From NCBI GenBank assembly GCA_043823825.1, contig JBDRTU010000026.1, positions 43-64,042 on the forward strand: a DNA stretch of 64,000 nucleotides, read 5' to 3'. Shown here piece by piece: positions 1 to 9,309 of the stretch. The DNA is from Patescibacteria group bacterium. Its GTDB lineage: Bacteria; Patescibacteriota; Patescibacteriia; Veblenbacterales; UBA10138. The position numbers were made by a program, and so were the translations under genes. Numbering within the stretch: the first letter of the stretch is position 1; the number at the start of each line of letters is the position of its first letter. The notes below the pieces were generated by a model that was not told the DNA's origin, made no database searches, and saw nothing but the letters and a program-made list of their open reading frames with translations.

Positions 1-122
1 ATAGTATCGTAGATTTTAAGCTTATCCAAATTTGTCCAAGGACCGTCCTTGGATTGGTCTTTGCGGTTTTCGCCTCGCAGAACGAGGCGACAATTTCAAG
101 TTTTTCTTTGGCGGCAAATTCA

Positions 123-623
123 TTATGAAATTTTTTTCAAGAGCAGAGGGGACAAAAGCGGTTTTAACTTTAGCTTTTCTGCTTTCGTTAAATATTTAAA
201 ACCTTTAATATGACCAAAACAATTTTTCGAACCACAGATACATTTAAAATCACTGCCCCATCTTTTCATATCCCATTCTGTGGTGAGATAGTTAAAAGTT
301 ATTTCCTCATTTTTCGAAATATCTTTTATCGCAATAAACCATCTTTTAACTATATCCAGTTTTGTATTAGGAGAGCAACTATGATTGATAAAATCCTCTG
401 GAACAAGATATTTCGTATCAATAAATTTCTTGTCGGTCATCTGCACCGCTTCAGGCGTAGAATCAGCGGCATTAACCAGATTTCCTTTCAAATAAATTAT
501 TTTTTCTCCTTTCTTGAATTTTTTATTTGCAAAGAGCGAAAGTCCCTTGCCCCACGCATAAACAACTTTCAGGTTTTTGGGAATTTTCAGGTCAAAAAGG
601 CGATTATGTTGTTTGATAAGCAT
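123..623 (-). CDS. SET-domain protein (putative protein-lysine methyltransferase)
   Basis: 166-aa ORF with the SET core motifs NHSCSPN and EITFNY, followed by a Cys-rich post-SET-like segment CICGSKNC. Confidence 0.6.
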   Translation of the reverse strand: MLIKQHNRLFDLKIPKNLKVVYAWGKGLSLFANKKFKKGEKIIYLKGNLVNAADSTPEAVQMTDKKFIDTKYLVPEDFINHSCSPNTKLDIVKRWFIAIKDISKNEEITFNYLTTEWDMKRWGSDFKCICGSKNCFGHIKGFKYLTKAEKLKLKPLLSPLLLKKIS

Positions 624-922
624 AGCGTTATAAAATTCGCAAGAGCAAGAATTAAAAAATTTTCTTCCCCCAAAATTAAAATATGGTTCGAGCCGATGTT
701 TTTCTACGGGTTCTTTTGCGGTTTTGAGCGGTGCGGCTTCGCCGCCTTTCCGAATTTTCGCGGGGGGAATTCCTCGCCGCCGCAGGCGGCGAAATGCGTT
801 CGGACTAATTCAAGAATACTGCTCCACGTAAAACTAGTTATGTCGCCACGCAGCGCCGCCATTTTTTCGCCGACATAGCTTCCATCCAAAGCAGAGTAGG
901 CCTGCCTGTCAGTCGCTCACGC

Positions 923-951
923 GCCGACCTATCTCAATTGTTAGAGCAACG
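923..951 (+). repeat. Degenerate copy of the tRNA 5' half (acceptor plus D-arm) lying inside a GC-rich segment
   Basis: gccgacctatctcaattgttagagcaacg is about 85% identical to the first 29 nt of the intact tRNA at 971, then diverges. The local GC content is far above the window background. Confidence 0.4.
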
Positions 952-970
952 GTATCGCCCGCCTGCCTTA

Positions 971-1043
971 GCCACCTTAGCTCAATTGGTAGAGCAACGC
1001 ATTCGTAACGCGTAGGTTCCCGGTTCGATCCCGGGAGGTGGCT
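971..1043 (+). tRNA. tRNA-Thr (anticodon CGU)
   Basis: Manual fold gives a 7-bp acceptor stem GCCACCT/AGGTGGC, D-stem GCTC/GAGC, anticodon loop TTCGTAA with CGT at positions 34-36, T-arm CCCGG-TTCGATC-CCGGG. CCA is not encoded. Confidence 0.85.
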
Positions 1044-1102
1044 GTGGCAGGTAGGTAAACCACAGGTCAGTCTAATATCTGTCGAGCCCTTTGCCTCAGA
1101 TT

Positions 1103-2200
1103 TTAAATATGTAAAAACACAAATACTTTACTTTGCTTGCGCTCCTGCTCTAACCACTGATCAAAGTTGAAAATTTCAAATAGAATATGACTAGCTGCTA
1201 CCTGATTATTATATTGCTCGGCTGACGGTACCTCTTCACGCTTAATAAGGTGCCAACCAAAACTAGTTCTCACAGGCTCGCTCACCTCGCCTACTTCTAA
1301 CTGTTCTAGGCTGTCTTCAAATTCTGGTACCATGGTACCCCAACTAAAAACTCCCAAATAGCCCCCGGCCGAGGCGTTACTTATGTCTTGAGAATATTTA
1401 CTAGCTGCTTCGGCAAAAGAAAGTTCACCCTTAGTAATTTCAGTTAAAGCTTGCTTAGCTTTTTCCCGCGTTGTGGTATTGGCTGATTCATTTTGAGTAA
1501 ACCAATTAGTTACTTGCTGGCGAAGTAAATAAGGCACAATTATCTTTTGCTGAAATTGATTTATATCCAAATTATAATTTTCACGTAAAAAAGATGATAA
1601 CTCTTCTTTAGAACCAAATTCCTGAATTAATGAATTAACTTCAGCTGTTATAACCTCATTGCTAATCATTACCTGATTACGCTTGGTAAAATTTTTTACA
1701 ATCTCTTTATGAATCATTTGTTCTAACACTAATCTTTCTACCGAAGGACGATCAAATACACTCTCGGCATTATTTTCCTGTTGTTCCTTAAGATAAAACA
1801 ATTTTAAGGTTTCTACATCGGTGGTAAAATCTTTTATGGAAAGTAATCTACCGTCAACATAAGCAACTGGCCAAGGAAAAATATTTACCAAACTGGGATT
1901 TTTAAGATCTAATCTAAAACGATAAAAAGAAAAAACAAACGACAAAAACATTAGTATTAACACTAATACTAATAGTAATATCTTTTGTCCTAAAAATCTC
2001 CCAGGCGTCTTTGCTGCTGGTACTATTGATTTAGGTACAGGCTTAACTGGTGTTTCGGTTGCAGATGATTTAGGATCTTCCCAAATAAACCTTTTAACAT
2101 TTTTAGCTTTAAAAAGGTTATTAAATTTATATTTACCAATTTCCTCTAAAATAGTGGCGCGCAATTCTGGTTTGTCTTTTTTTTGTTTATCGGCTTTCAT
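1103..2200 (-). CDS. Membrane-anchored PrsA/SurA-like foldase with a parvulin-type PPIase domain
   Basis: N-terminal TM helix, a SurA-N-like region, then parvulin motifs GGYLGVFSWGTMVPEFE and FGWHLIK, with ASHILF located C-terminal to them. Confidence 0.6.
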   Translation of the reverse strand: MKADKQKKDKPELRATILEEIGKYKFNNLFKAKNVKRFIWEDPKSSATETPVKPVPKSIVPAAKTPGRFLGQKILLLVLVLILMFLSFVFSFYRFRLDLKNPSLVNIFPWPVAYVDGRLLSIKDFTTDVETLKLFYLKEQQENNAESVFDRPSVERLVLEQMIHKEIVKNFTKRNQVMISNEVITAEVNSLIQEFGSKEELSSFLRENYNLDINQFQQKIIVPYLLRQQVTNWFTQNESANTTTREKAKQALTEITKGELSFAEAASKYSQDISNASAGGYLGVFSWGTMVPEFEDSLEQLEVGEVSEPVRTSFGWHLIKREEVPSAEQYNNQVAASHILFEIFNFDQWLEQERKQSKVFVFLHI

Positions 2201-2217
2201 AGCTAACTATAAATTTT

Positions 2218-2607
2218 TTATAATTTAAAAAAGTGATTCCACCATTTTTGCCAGTTATTGGCCTGATAACCAGCCCCTCCTGATGTTTGCTCGCCTAAAA
2301 CACTGCTCTCGCCGTTTTGTGGGATAATCACAACTTGCTCTCCTGGTTTTTGTAAATTCAAACGCAAACGAGCCTCTCGTTCCCTAAATTCATTAGTTTG
2401 GAAATAAGAGATTAAATTACTTAACTCTTTATTCTTTTGCTCAAAACTATTAATTTTGGCTTGCAAACTATTTATCTCCTGCGTTAACTCAACTTTGCGC
2501 ATTTGATTTTTAACTATAGCCACTACAATAATAATCATGGCGACTATGGCTATAATTTGAAACAATCTGGACGTGATGATAGTCCAAAAACGGGCTTGGG
2601 AATGCAT
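2218..2607 (-). CDS. FtsB/DivIC-family septum formation initiator
   Basis: Single TM helix, coiled coil, and the motif REARLRLNLQKPGEQVV that resembles the FtsB ARERLG.VKPGE signature. Confidence 0.5.
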   Translation of the reverse strand: MHSQARFWTIITSRLFQIIAIVAMIIIVVAIVKNQMRKVELTQEINSLQAKINSFEQKNKELSNLISYFQTNEFREREARLRLNLQKPGEQVVIIPQNGESSVLGEQTSGGAGYQANNWQKWWNHFFKL

Positions 2608-2786
2608 AATGCTCTTAGTATAACATGTTTTTTAATAATTACATTTACCACATACCTGTGAGGGAGCAGTGGTTTACTTTAATAAATAAGGAATCTATAG
2701 TATACTTACCATGGCTATGCGAAGTAAAACACGACGAATAATTTGGATTATCTTCTCAATCATTATAGTATTAAGCCTAATACTTT

Positions 2787-4601
2787 TTACTGTAGCGCCT
2801 TAGTTCGGCTACTAGTGGGACGACTTAGTAAACTAAGATAAGCTTCGGTTGGTATTTGCACACTTCCTTGGGCACGCATTCGTTTCTTGCCCTTTTTTTG
2901 TTTTTCCAATAATTTGCGTTTACGCGTAACATCACCACCATAAAGTTTCGCTGTTACATCTTTTCTCATTGCCGATAATCGTTCAGCCGCAATTATCTTT
3001 CCGCCTAAAGCCGCCTGAATTTTCACTTCAAACATTTGACGCGGTATAATCTCCTTTAACTTAGTAACAATGCTACGCGCTTTGTGGTAAGCCTCACTGG
3101 TATATACAATAGTAGCTAATGATTCAACAATTTCTTCTGCCACTAAGATATCTAGCCGTTTAATCTGGCAGGGCCGGTATTCTAAAAAATCGTAATTAAG
3201 CGAGGCATAACCCTGACTAACGCTTTTTAAACGATCATAAAAATCAAAAAGAATTGAAGACAATGGTATTTGATAATGCAAAATTGCTCTTTCTGGCACG
3301 CCGCCAGGACCCAATAAATAATCAGTTGCTTTCCACTCAGCATGAGATTCTTGAGCTAGTGTCATTACTTTACCCAAATATTGATTAGGAGCCACAATAT
3401 CTAAGAGCATAATTGGTTCAGTTACTTGGCTGATAGTTGATTCATTTGGTAATTCTAATGCGCTTTTTATTATTTTCTCTACGCCACTTGATGTCTGTAC
3501 ACGATAAGCTACTGAGGGCGAGGTAATTACCAATTCTAATTCATATTCCCTCTCTAACCGCTCTTTAGTAATTTCCAAATGTAAAAGACCTAAAAAACCC
3601 ACACGAAAACCAAAACCTAAAGCTGGTGAATGCTCTGGTTCAAACGACAAACTAGCATCATTTAATTTTAATTTGTCTAAGCCCTCTCTTAACTCGGTAG
3701 CCTCATCGCCTTCCCTGGGATAAAACCCGGCAAAAACCATAGGTTTAACTTGTTGATAACCAGAAAGTGGCATATCTTGTTCGCTGGACACAAAGGTGTC
3801 ACCCACCCGAACCTTATTAATATTTTTTAAACCAGTTATCAGATAGCCAATTTGCCCAGCCACTAGAGTTGATTGGGGCTTTAATTGCGGCTGATAAATA
3901 CCGACCTCTAATACTTCTCCATTAATCTTTCCGCCCGGCAGCCAATAGCGGTCTCCTTTTTTTATTTCACCAGCTACTAATCTTATAGATGCAACTACTC
4001 CGCGCCATTCATCGTAACGCGAATCAAAAATTAAGGCCTGTAATTTATTACTGCTTGGTTTAGGCGCAGGAATGTCGCGCACCAAACGATTAAGCAACTC
4101 CGGCACAATTTTTCCGCTTTTTGCCGAAATTGAAAGAATCTCCTTATCTGATATTTTTAATAATGATGCTAATTCCTGCTTAGTTGCTTCAATATTAGCA
4201 TTAGGTAAATCAATTTTATTAATCACTGGAATAATCACTAAATTCTGACTTTGCGCTAAGTGCAAATTGGCGACTGTTTGAGCCTGAATACCCTGGGAAG
4301 CGTCTACTAGTAAAATAACGCCTTCAACGCAGGCCAATGAACGCGATACCTCATAGGAAAAATCTACATGACCAGGAGTATCAATTAAATTTAATAAATA
4401 ACCATTGTAACTCATAGTTACAGGCGCCAGTTTAATAGTAATACCCCGCTCCCGCTCTAACTCCATTTGGTCTAGTACTTGCTCCCTCATTGCACGCTGG
4501 GGAACAGTCTTAGTTAACTCTAATAAACGATCGGCTAAAGTTGACTTACCATGATCAATATGCGCAATAATGCAGAAGTTACGAATTTTTGATAGTTCCA
4601 T
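2787..4601 (-). CDS. lepA: Elongation factor 4 (LepA)
   Basis: G-domain motifs AHIDHGKST and DTPGHVDF, with LepA-specific C-terminal region. Confidence 0.95.
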   Translation of the reverse strand: MELSKIRNFCIIAHIDHGKSTLADRLLELTKTVPQRAMREQVLDQMELERERGITIKLAPVTMSYNGYLLNLIDTPGHVDFSYEVSRSLACVEGVILLVDASQGIQAQTVANLHLAQSQNLVIIPVINKIDLPNANIEATKQELASLLKISDKEILSISAKSGKIVPELLNRLVRDIPAPKPSSNKLQALIFDSRYDEWRGVVASIRLVAGEIKKGDRYWLPGGKINGEVLEVGIYQPQLKPQSTLVAGQIGYLITGLKNINKVRVGDTFVSSEQDMPLSGYQQVKPMVFAGFYPREGDEATELREGLDKLKLNDASLSFEPEHSPALGFGFRVGFLGLLHLEITKERLEREYELELVITSPSVAYRVQTSSGVEKIIKSALELPNESTISQVTEPIMLLDIVAPNQYLGKVMTLAQESHAEWKATDYLLGPGGVPERAILHYQIPLSSILFDFYDRLKSVSQGYASLNYDFLEYRPCQIKRLDILVAEEIVESLATIVYTSEAYHKARSIVTKLKEIIPRQMFEVKIQAALGGKIIAAERLSAMRKDVTAKLYGGDVTRKRKLLEKQKKGKKRMRAQGSVQIPTEAYLSLLSRPTSSRTKALQ

Positions 4602-4695
4602 AAATTAACTTGATAATTCATGTCTCGCCCCGTAGTATCCCGCAATAGCGGGTCTACTACTGGGGTAATTAATATGCACGATGATGCAAAAATTT

Positions 4696-6297
4696 CTAAT
4701 TTTGGCTAAATCCATATTGTTTAATTTTAGCCCAGGCCAGATGAAGCCACTGGTTAACAAAAACGACTTCTGGCAACTTTAATACCCAAGCAAACAACCA
4801 ATAGGTTAGCACGCCTAGCATACCAGCTCCTACCCCTTGAATAAAAATGCCTAAGAAAGTGTACATATCAACTAATGGCGCTATTACTTGTAAAGCTCCA
4901 TAAGTGATCAAACCTGCTGGTACTGCCGCTAACAATATTCTCATACTGGCCTGAATAACACTTTTGGACTGTAGACTTCCTAAACGCTCTCCCAAAATAA
5001 AAATCAGAACTGAGAAATTAATAATACCAGCGACCACATAAGCTAGAGCTAGACCTAACAAACCAAAAGGTTTAATTAAAATTATTGAAAGAATAATATT
5101 TATTACTAAAGCGACGCTACTGACAATTACTGGCGTCCTGGTGTCTTGAAGTGCATAAAAAGCACGAGCAATTAGAGGAAGTAAACTTTCAGCAATTAAA
5201 GATAAAGCTAAAAATCCAAGCACTTGAGCTGTCATAAAAGTATCGTGCCAGTCAAAAGCGCCTGCCCCCAACACTACCCGAACAATCTGCGCTCGCAATA
5301 TTAAAAATAAAATACTTAAAGGAATAACAAAAAATAATACCCGGCGAATACTATCACTTAGATGACTGACTAATTCGCTGGGTTTGTTATTAGCCCAAGC
5401 TTCACTAAATAAAGGAAAAGCAGCAATGGCCAGCGACACACCAAAAACATTAATGGGAAAACTTTGTAAATTTAAGGCTAGGGTAAACGACGCCAAACTA
5501 CCAGCCACCAAAGTAGAGGCAAAAATAGTTAGCACAATTTGATTAAAAGAATGAACGGCCAACCCAAAAGTGCGGGGCAAAATTAGTTTAACTATTTTTT
5601 TTACTGACTGATGAAAAATATTAAATTTTAAATGCCAGCGCCAACCTAGTTTTAAAACAGTTGGTAACTGTATAAGCATGTGCATGATACTTCCTAGAAA
5701 AACACCAAAACCCAGTCCCACAGCACCAGCTGAAGGAACGATTAGAATTATCCCCAAAATAATTCCCAAATTGTACATCACTGGAGCTAAGCTATAAAAC
5801 AGGAATCTTCTAAATGATTGTAAAATTCCGCTGAGCACATTACTAGCGCCGAAAAACACTATTGCCAACATCATGATGCGGCTCAGTTTAATAGTAAGCT
5901 CAAGCTTGTCACCACTAAAACCAGGGGCAATCATCGGCACTAAGCTAGAAGCAAAAATTATTCCCAGTACTGCTAAAATCAAAAGTAACACCACTAAGGC
6001 ATTAAATACTGTAGTAGCCACTTTCCAGGCTTCTTCTAAACTTTTTTTGTTTTTCAATTCAATAAAAACAGGAATAAAAGCTGAAGCTAAACCCCCTAAT
6101 ACTAAAATATTAAAAATAAAATCTGGAATCTTGAAGGCGGCAAAATAGGCATCTAGAGTATCCCCTGCCCCAAAAGTAGTAGCTAATAAACGATCACGAA
6201 CTAAACCTAATACACGTGAGCCAATAGCAAAAATAGCGATGACTAAAGCACCGCTAGTTACCTTTGCACTTAAACTAAAGTTTTTCTCGTCAGACAT
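4696..6297 (-). CDS. murJ: MurJ/MviN-family lipid II (or polysaccharide) flippase
   Basis: N-terminal MviN signature GSRVLGLVRDRLLATTFGAGDTLDAYFAAFKIPDF and about 14 TM helices. It is adjacent to a polysaccharide cluster, so a Wzx-like role cannot be excluded. Confidence 0.85.
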   Translation of the reverse strand: MSDEKNFSLSAKVTSGALVIAIFAIGSRVLGLVRDRLLATTFGAGDTLDAYFAAFKIPDFIFNILVLGGLASAFIPVFIELKNKKSLEEAWKVATTVFNALVVLLLILAVLGIIFASSLVPMIAPGFSGDKLELTIKLSRIMMLAIVFFGASNVLSGILQSFRRFLFYSLAPVMYNLGIILGIILIVPSAGAVGLGFGVFLGSIMHMLIQLPTVLKLGWRWHLKFNIFHQSVKKIVKLILPRTFGLAVHSFNQIVLTIFASTLVAGSLASFTLALNLQSFPINVFGVSLAIAAFPLFSEAWANNKPSELVSHLSDSIRRVLFFVIPLSILFLILRAQIVRVVLGAGAFDWHDTFMTAQVLGFLALSLIAESLLPLIARAFYALQDTRTPVIVSSVALVINIILSIILIKPFGLLGLALAYVVAGIINFSVLIFILGERLGSLQSKSVIQASMRILLAAVPAGLITYGALQVIAPLVDMYTFLGIFIQGVGAGMLGVLTYWLFAWVLKLPEVVFVNQWLHLAWAKIKQYGFSQN

Positions 6298-6764
6298 ACA
6301 ATAAAGTTATTATACTTTTTTTTCTAAGATTTGTCAGCACCAGATGGTACTGTTTGTTGATATTGTAATCTAAAAAAACAGCAGGCTACTGTCAAGCGGA
6401 TTAACTCGTCGAAATAAGTTCATTTCCTGTTTGTTCACTTAAGGTGAACTTGAGAAGAGAGTTATTACTCACTCATTGTCGAGCGAGCCCCTATTTGCTA
6501 GGGAAAAACTTTAATCAACTTATTATTTGAGTAATCGCTTGGCCAGTAGCCTGCTGCTGACTTTGCCTTTTTAAGGAAGTGGTTGGAGGTTGAGAAAGGC
6601 TTGAATTGACCTACAGTAAAGTGGTGTCCAAGCAAGAGAAGTGTACAATTTACACGAAAGGTGCAAACCGTAGCCTCTTCACAAACATTCCCCAAGTATC
6701 CTCCACCCAACTCCTTAAAAAAAAGAAAGTCCACCCTTCAGACTAAGGTAAAACAGTGATTTTG

Positions 6765-9290
6765 TCAAGGTCTACTAGGCCGTTCTAATATTAAACCGTA
6801 AAACTGATCCTGTTGCCAATCACTAAACAAACTTAAACCAACAGGCGTCAATTTTAACTCGGCTGAGGCTTCTTGCCAACGCAAACGCCAACCCTCTGGT
6901 AATTCAAAAGTACTAGTAAAATCTATAGGCTTAGTGCCAGACTGTCTTTGAAACAATACATCGTACTGCCGCAAATCTTGCCATTTAGCTATAGTAGCTA
7001 ACCCAAAGGGTAATTCATATATTATTGATACAGTCTTAGTTTCGCCTGGTTCTAGCACTAACCAGTTAGTAAAAACTGTCTTATTAAATTCTTCGCTAAT
7101 CTCGGTACCCGAGCTTTTGTCGACAGCAATCAGTTTGTGGCTTTTCTTAAAATCATCATCGGGCACTGTTTGGCTTGGCGATGAACGAAACTGCTCTTCT
7201 GGTATGTGACTAAATCCCTCTGCTTGGATTAGCTTACTTCCCAATGGTACATAAAATTTTAGCCAACTAACATTTCGTCGACGATAAAAAATATCATCAG
7301 GATCACCTTGGTGACTGCGTGTAAAATCAACCCGTACTTGCAGATCACCGTTATCAAATAGCTTAACCAGATGCTGTGCCCGTTCATTAATTACCAAATC
7401 TGTTTTACCGCCTCCTATGTTTGCTCTAACAATAGCCAGATAGTCAGCAATAGTGGACTTAATTTCTCCACCCCAACCCGCTTCTATAATCCTCTGCTGA
7501 ATATTTGGGTCATTAAAGTAAAGTTGAATGCTTTTTTGCATCAAGCCTTGATTAATTAAAGTTAGCGCTGTGATCTGATCTGTTGGTTTAAGGTTGATAA
7601 TTCTCTCTAATAATATTGGAGCTAAATCTGCAATAAATTGTTTAGGGCGATTAGTCACACGATCAAACTCTAAATCCACCGCTTCCTGAGTTTCTCTAAT
7701 AAAGTTTTCAGCAGTAATGTGTTTATTATAAGCTGGCAGATCAATCGGCCCAACTAATTTTAATAAGTTAATTATCACATCAGGGTTAATGGCGATCACG
7801 CCGTCAACTGTTGGTCCACCACTCTCTGTAACAAACCATGCAACTTTTTGCGCAGAAGTAGGAAAATCAAAAAACCAATTAGCATCTTGAAGTTGCCATA
7901 AAGGATTCACTAATTTAAGAGGTTGTGGTGGTTCTAATAAAACTGCCAGTTGTCCTTGAAAATCATAAGGACCACCACCAGGGATATCAATTTTATTAAT
8001 TTTACCATTGGTCGTCTCAATAAACGCCAGGCTTCCTAAAAATCCCCCGGCTGGCCTTAATTCTGAATAATTTTGAAACAACAAAAGATAATTTTTATTG
8101 CCACTAGTAGGAATAATTTGGCTAACAATATTTGGTAGCGACAACACCTGCGTTAATCCCCCTTCTAATTTTTGCAAACTGCTGGCTAAACTAACCACTT
8201 CAACATCTACTCCCTGTGGTAACTCTAGCTCACTAACTGATTTTAATAAATTTAACGCTTGTCTAATTTTGGGCTGAATTTCAGCTATTCCGCGCTGAAG
8301 TATTAATATTTTTATATTTAAATCCATCTCCAGAATATTTTCCACGGGACTCGAATCTAATTCGGACATGGTTCTACTAATAATAGAGCCGCTTTCGGCT
8401 AATTCCTTACCAGCCTGTAGTAATTGTTGTGCAGCTACTAGTTGTTGTGATCGACCAGGTAAACGAGTTAATAGTGCCGCTAGACCGGCATTAATATTTC
8501 CTAAAGCTTCTTGGGCATTAATAACTAAGTTAGTTACTTCCTTAAAATCATCTTCAGCTTGATCAAATTCACCTTCAATTAATTTGGAGCTGGCCTGACT
8601 AAATTGATTAAGAGCGGCTGAAGCAAATGTTAATAGTTGAGATTTCCTAAAAGAAAAATCTTGTTGCCAAGTAATCCATTTTAAAGGCAGAATCAATAAA
8701 ATGGCGATTAGTAAAAAAATCACCATTTGCCGCAGACGCGGAACTGTAAAAAAAACGCCAAGTGGCTCTGATTCCCTAAACCACTGCCAAGGCTTAAATA
8801 GTCTACTAATAACTCTATAATTCAACTCAAAATAATAAACTAAATCCTCGGCTATACTTTTACCAATACCCTTCAAACGAACATAAAGAAAATAATAAAA
8901 AAGCGCAACTGCTCTAAAAATCAGATAAATAAAAAAGTATACCAGCTCTAATAAAAAAAGTGCGGTGAGTTCTTGTAATAGAGGGAAACGTAACTCCAAC
9001 CGCCTCCAAGGCACAATGATATAATTCTTTCCTGGTTTTAAGAAATTTATTGCCCAACTCTCACGCTGTTCGAATTTTGATACAGTTTCATTAGTAGGTG
9101 TAGTCTGTTTTAATGGTACCAGGCCCGGCCTTAAATTAAGAACATGTTTGGATAAATCAGGAGTAAATGCCTGCTGACGCCCGAATTTGCCGCCGCGCTG
9201 ATATTTTAAACTCCACCAATTCACATTACTTGATAAAGAGGATTTGTTGGGATTATTATTCTTACCCTTCTTAATAGAAGAAATTGTCAT
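6765..9290 (-). CDS. Large membrane-anchored extracytoplasmic protein, DUF4012-like
   Basis: N-terminal TM segments, then a long exported domain containing NYLLLFQNYSELRPAGGFLGS, reminiscent of the DUF4012 signature. It heads a glycosyltransferase cluster. Confidence 0.45.
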   Translation of the reverse strand: MTISSIKKGKNNNPNKSSLSSNVNWWSLKYQRGGKFGRQQAFTPDLSKHVLNLRPGLVPLKQTTPTNETVSKFEQRESWAINFLKPGKNYIIVPWRRLELRFPLLQELTALFLLELVYFFIYLIFRAVALFYYFLYVRLKGIGKSIAEDLVYYFELNYRVISRLFKPWQWFRESEPLGVFFTVPRLRQMVIFLLIAILLILPLKWITWQQDFSFRKSQLLTFASAALNQFSQASSKLIEGEFDQAEDDFKEVTNLVINAQEALGNINAGLAALLTRLPGRSQQLVAAQQLLQAGKELAESGSIISRTMSELDSSPVENILEMDLNIKILILQRGIAEIQPKIRQALNLLKSVSELELPQGVDVEVVSLASSLQKLEGGLTQVLSLPNIVSQIIPTSGNKNYLLLFQNYSELRPAGGFLGSLAFIETTNGKINKIDIPGGGPYDFQGQLAVLLEPPQPLKLVNPLWQLQDANWFFDFPTSAQKVAWFVTESGGPTVDGVIAINPDVIINLLKLVGPIDLPAYNKHITAENFIRETQEAVDLEFDRVTNRPKQFIADLAPILLERIINLKPTDQITALTLINQGLMQKSIQLYFNDPNIQQRIIEAGWGGEIKSTIADYLAIVRANIGGGKTDLVINERAQHLVKLFDNGDLQVRVDFTRSHQGDPDDIFYRRRNVSWLKFYVPLGSKLIQAEGFSHIPEEQFRSSPSQTVPDDDFKKSHKLIAVDKSSGTEISEEFNKTVFTNWLVLEPGETKTVSIIYELPFGLATIAKWQDLRQYDVLFQRQSGTKPIDFTSTFELPEGWRLRWQEASAELKLTPVGLSLFSDWQQDQFYGLILERPSRP

Positions 9291-9309
9291 ACAACTATAT
9301 TATACGATG

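Noticed and set aside
210-889. 222-aa plus-strand ORF and 61-aa minus-strand ORF overlapping the SET gene and the upstream GC-rich block
   Set aside because: The 222-aa ORF is antisense to the well-supported SET gene and has low-complexity composition. The 61-aa ORF sits in the GC-rich putative RNA/UTR block.
2711-2803. Unannotated 30-aa plus-strand mini-ORF (MAMRSKTRRIIWIIFSIIIVLSLILFTVAP) with one TM helix between ftsB-like and lepA
   Set aside because: Too short to support without conservation evidence. It overlaps the lepA 3' end on the other strand.
6498-6734. 78-aa minus-strand ORF in the DUF4012-murJ spacer
   Set aside because: It lies in a region better explained by a structured element closed by an inverted repeat. 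No RBS or family support.
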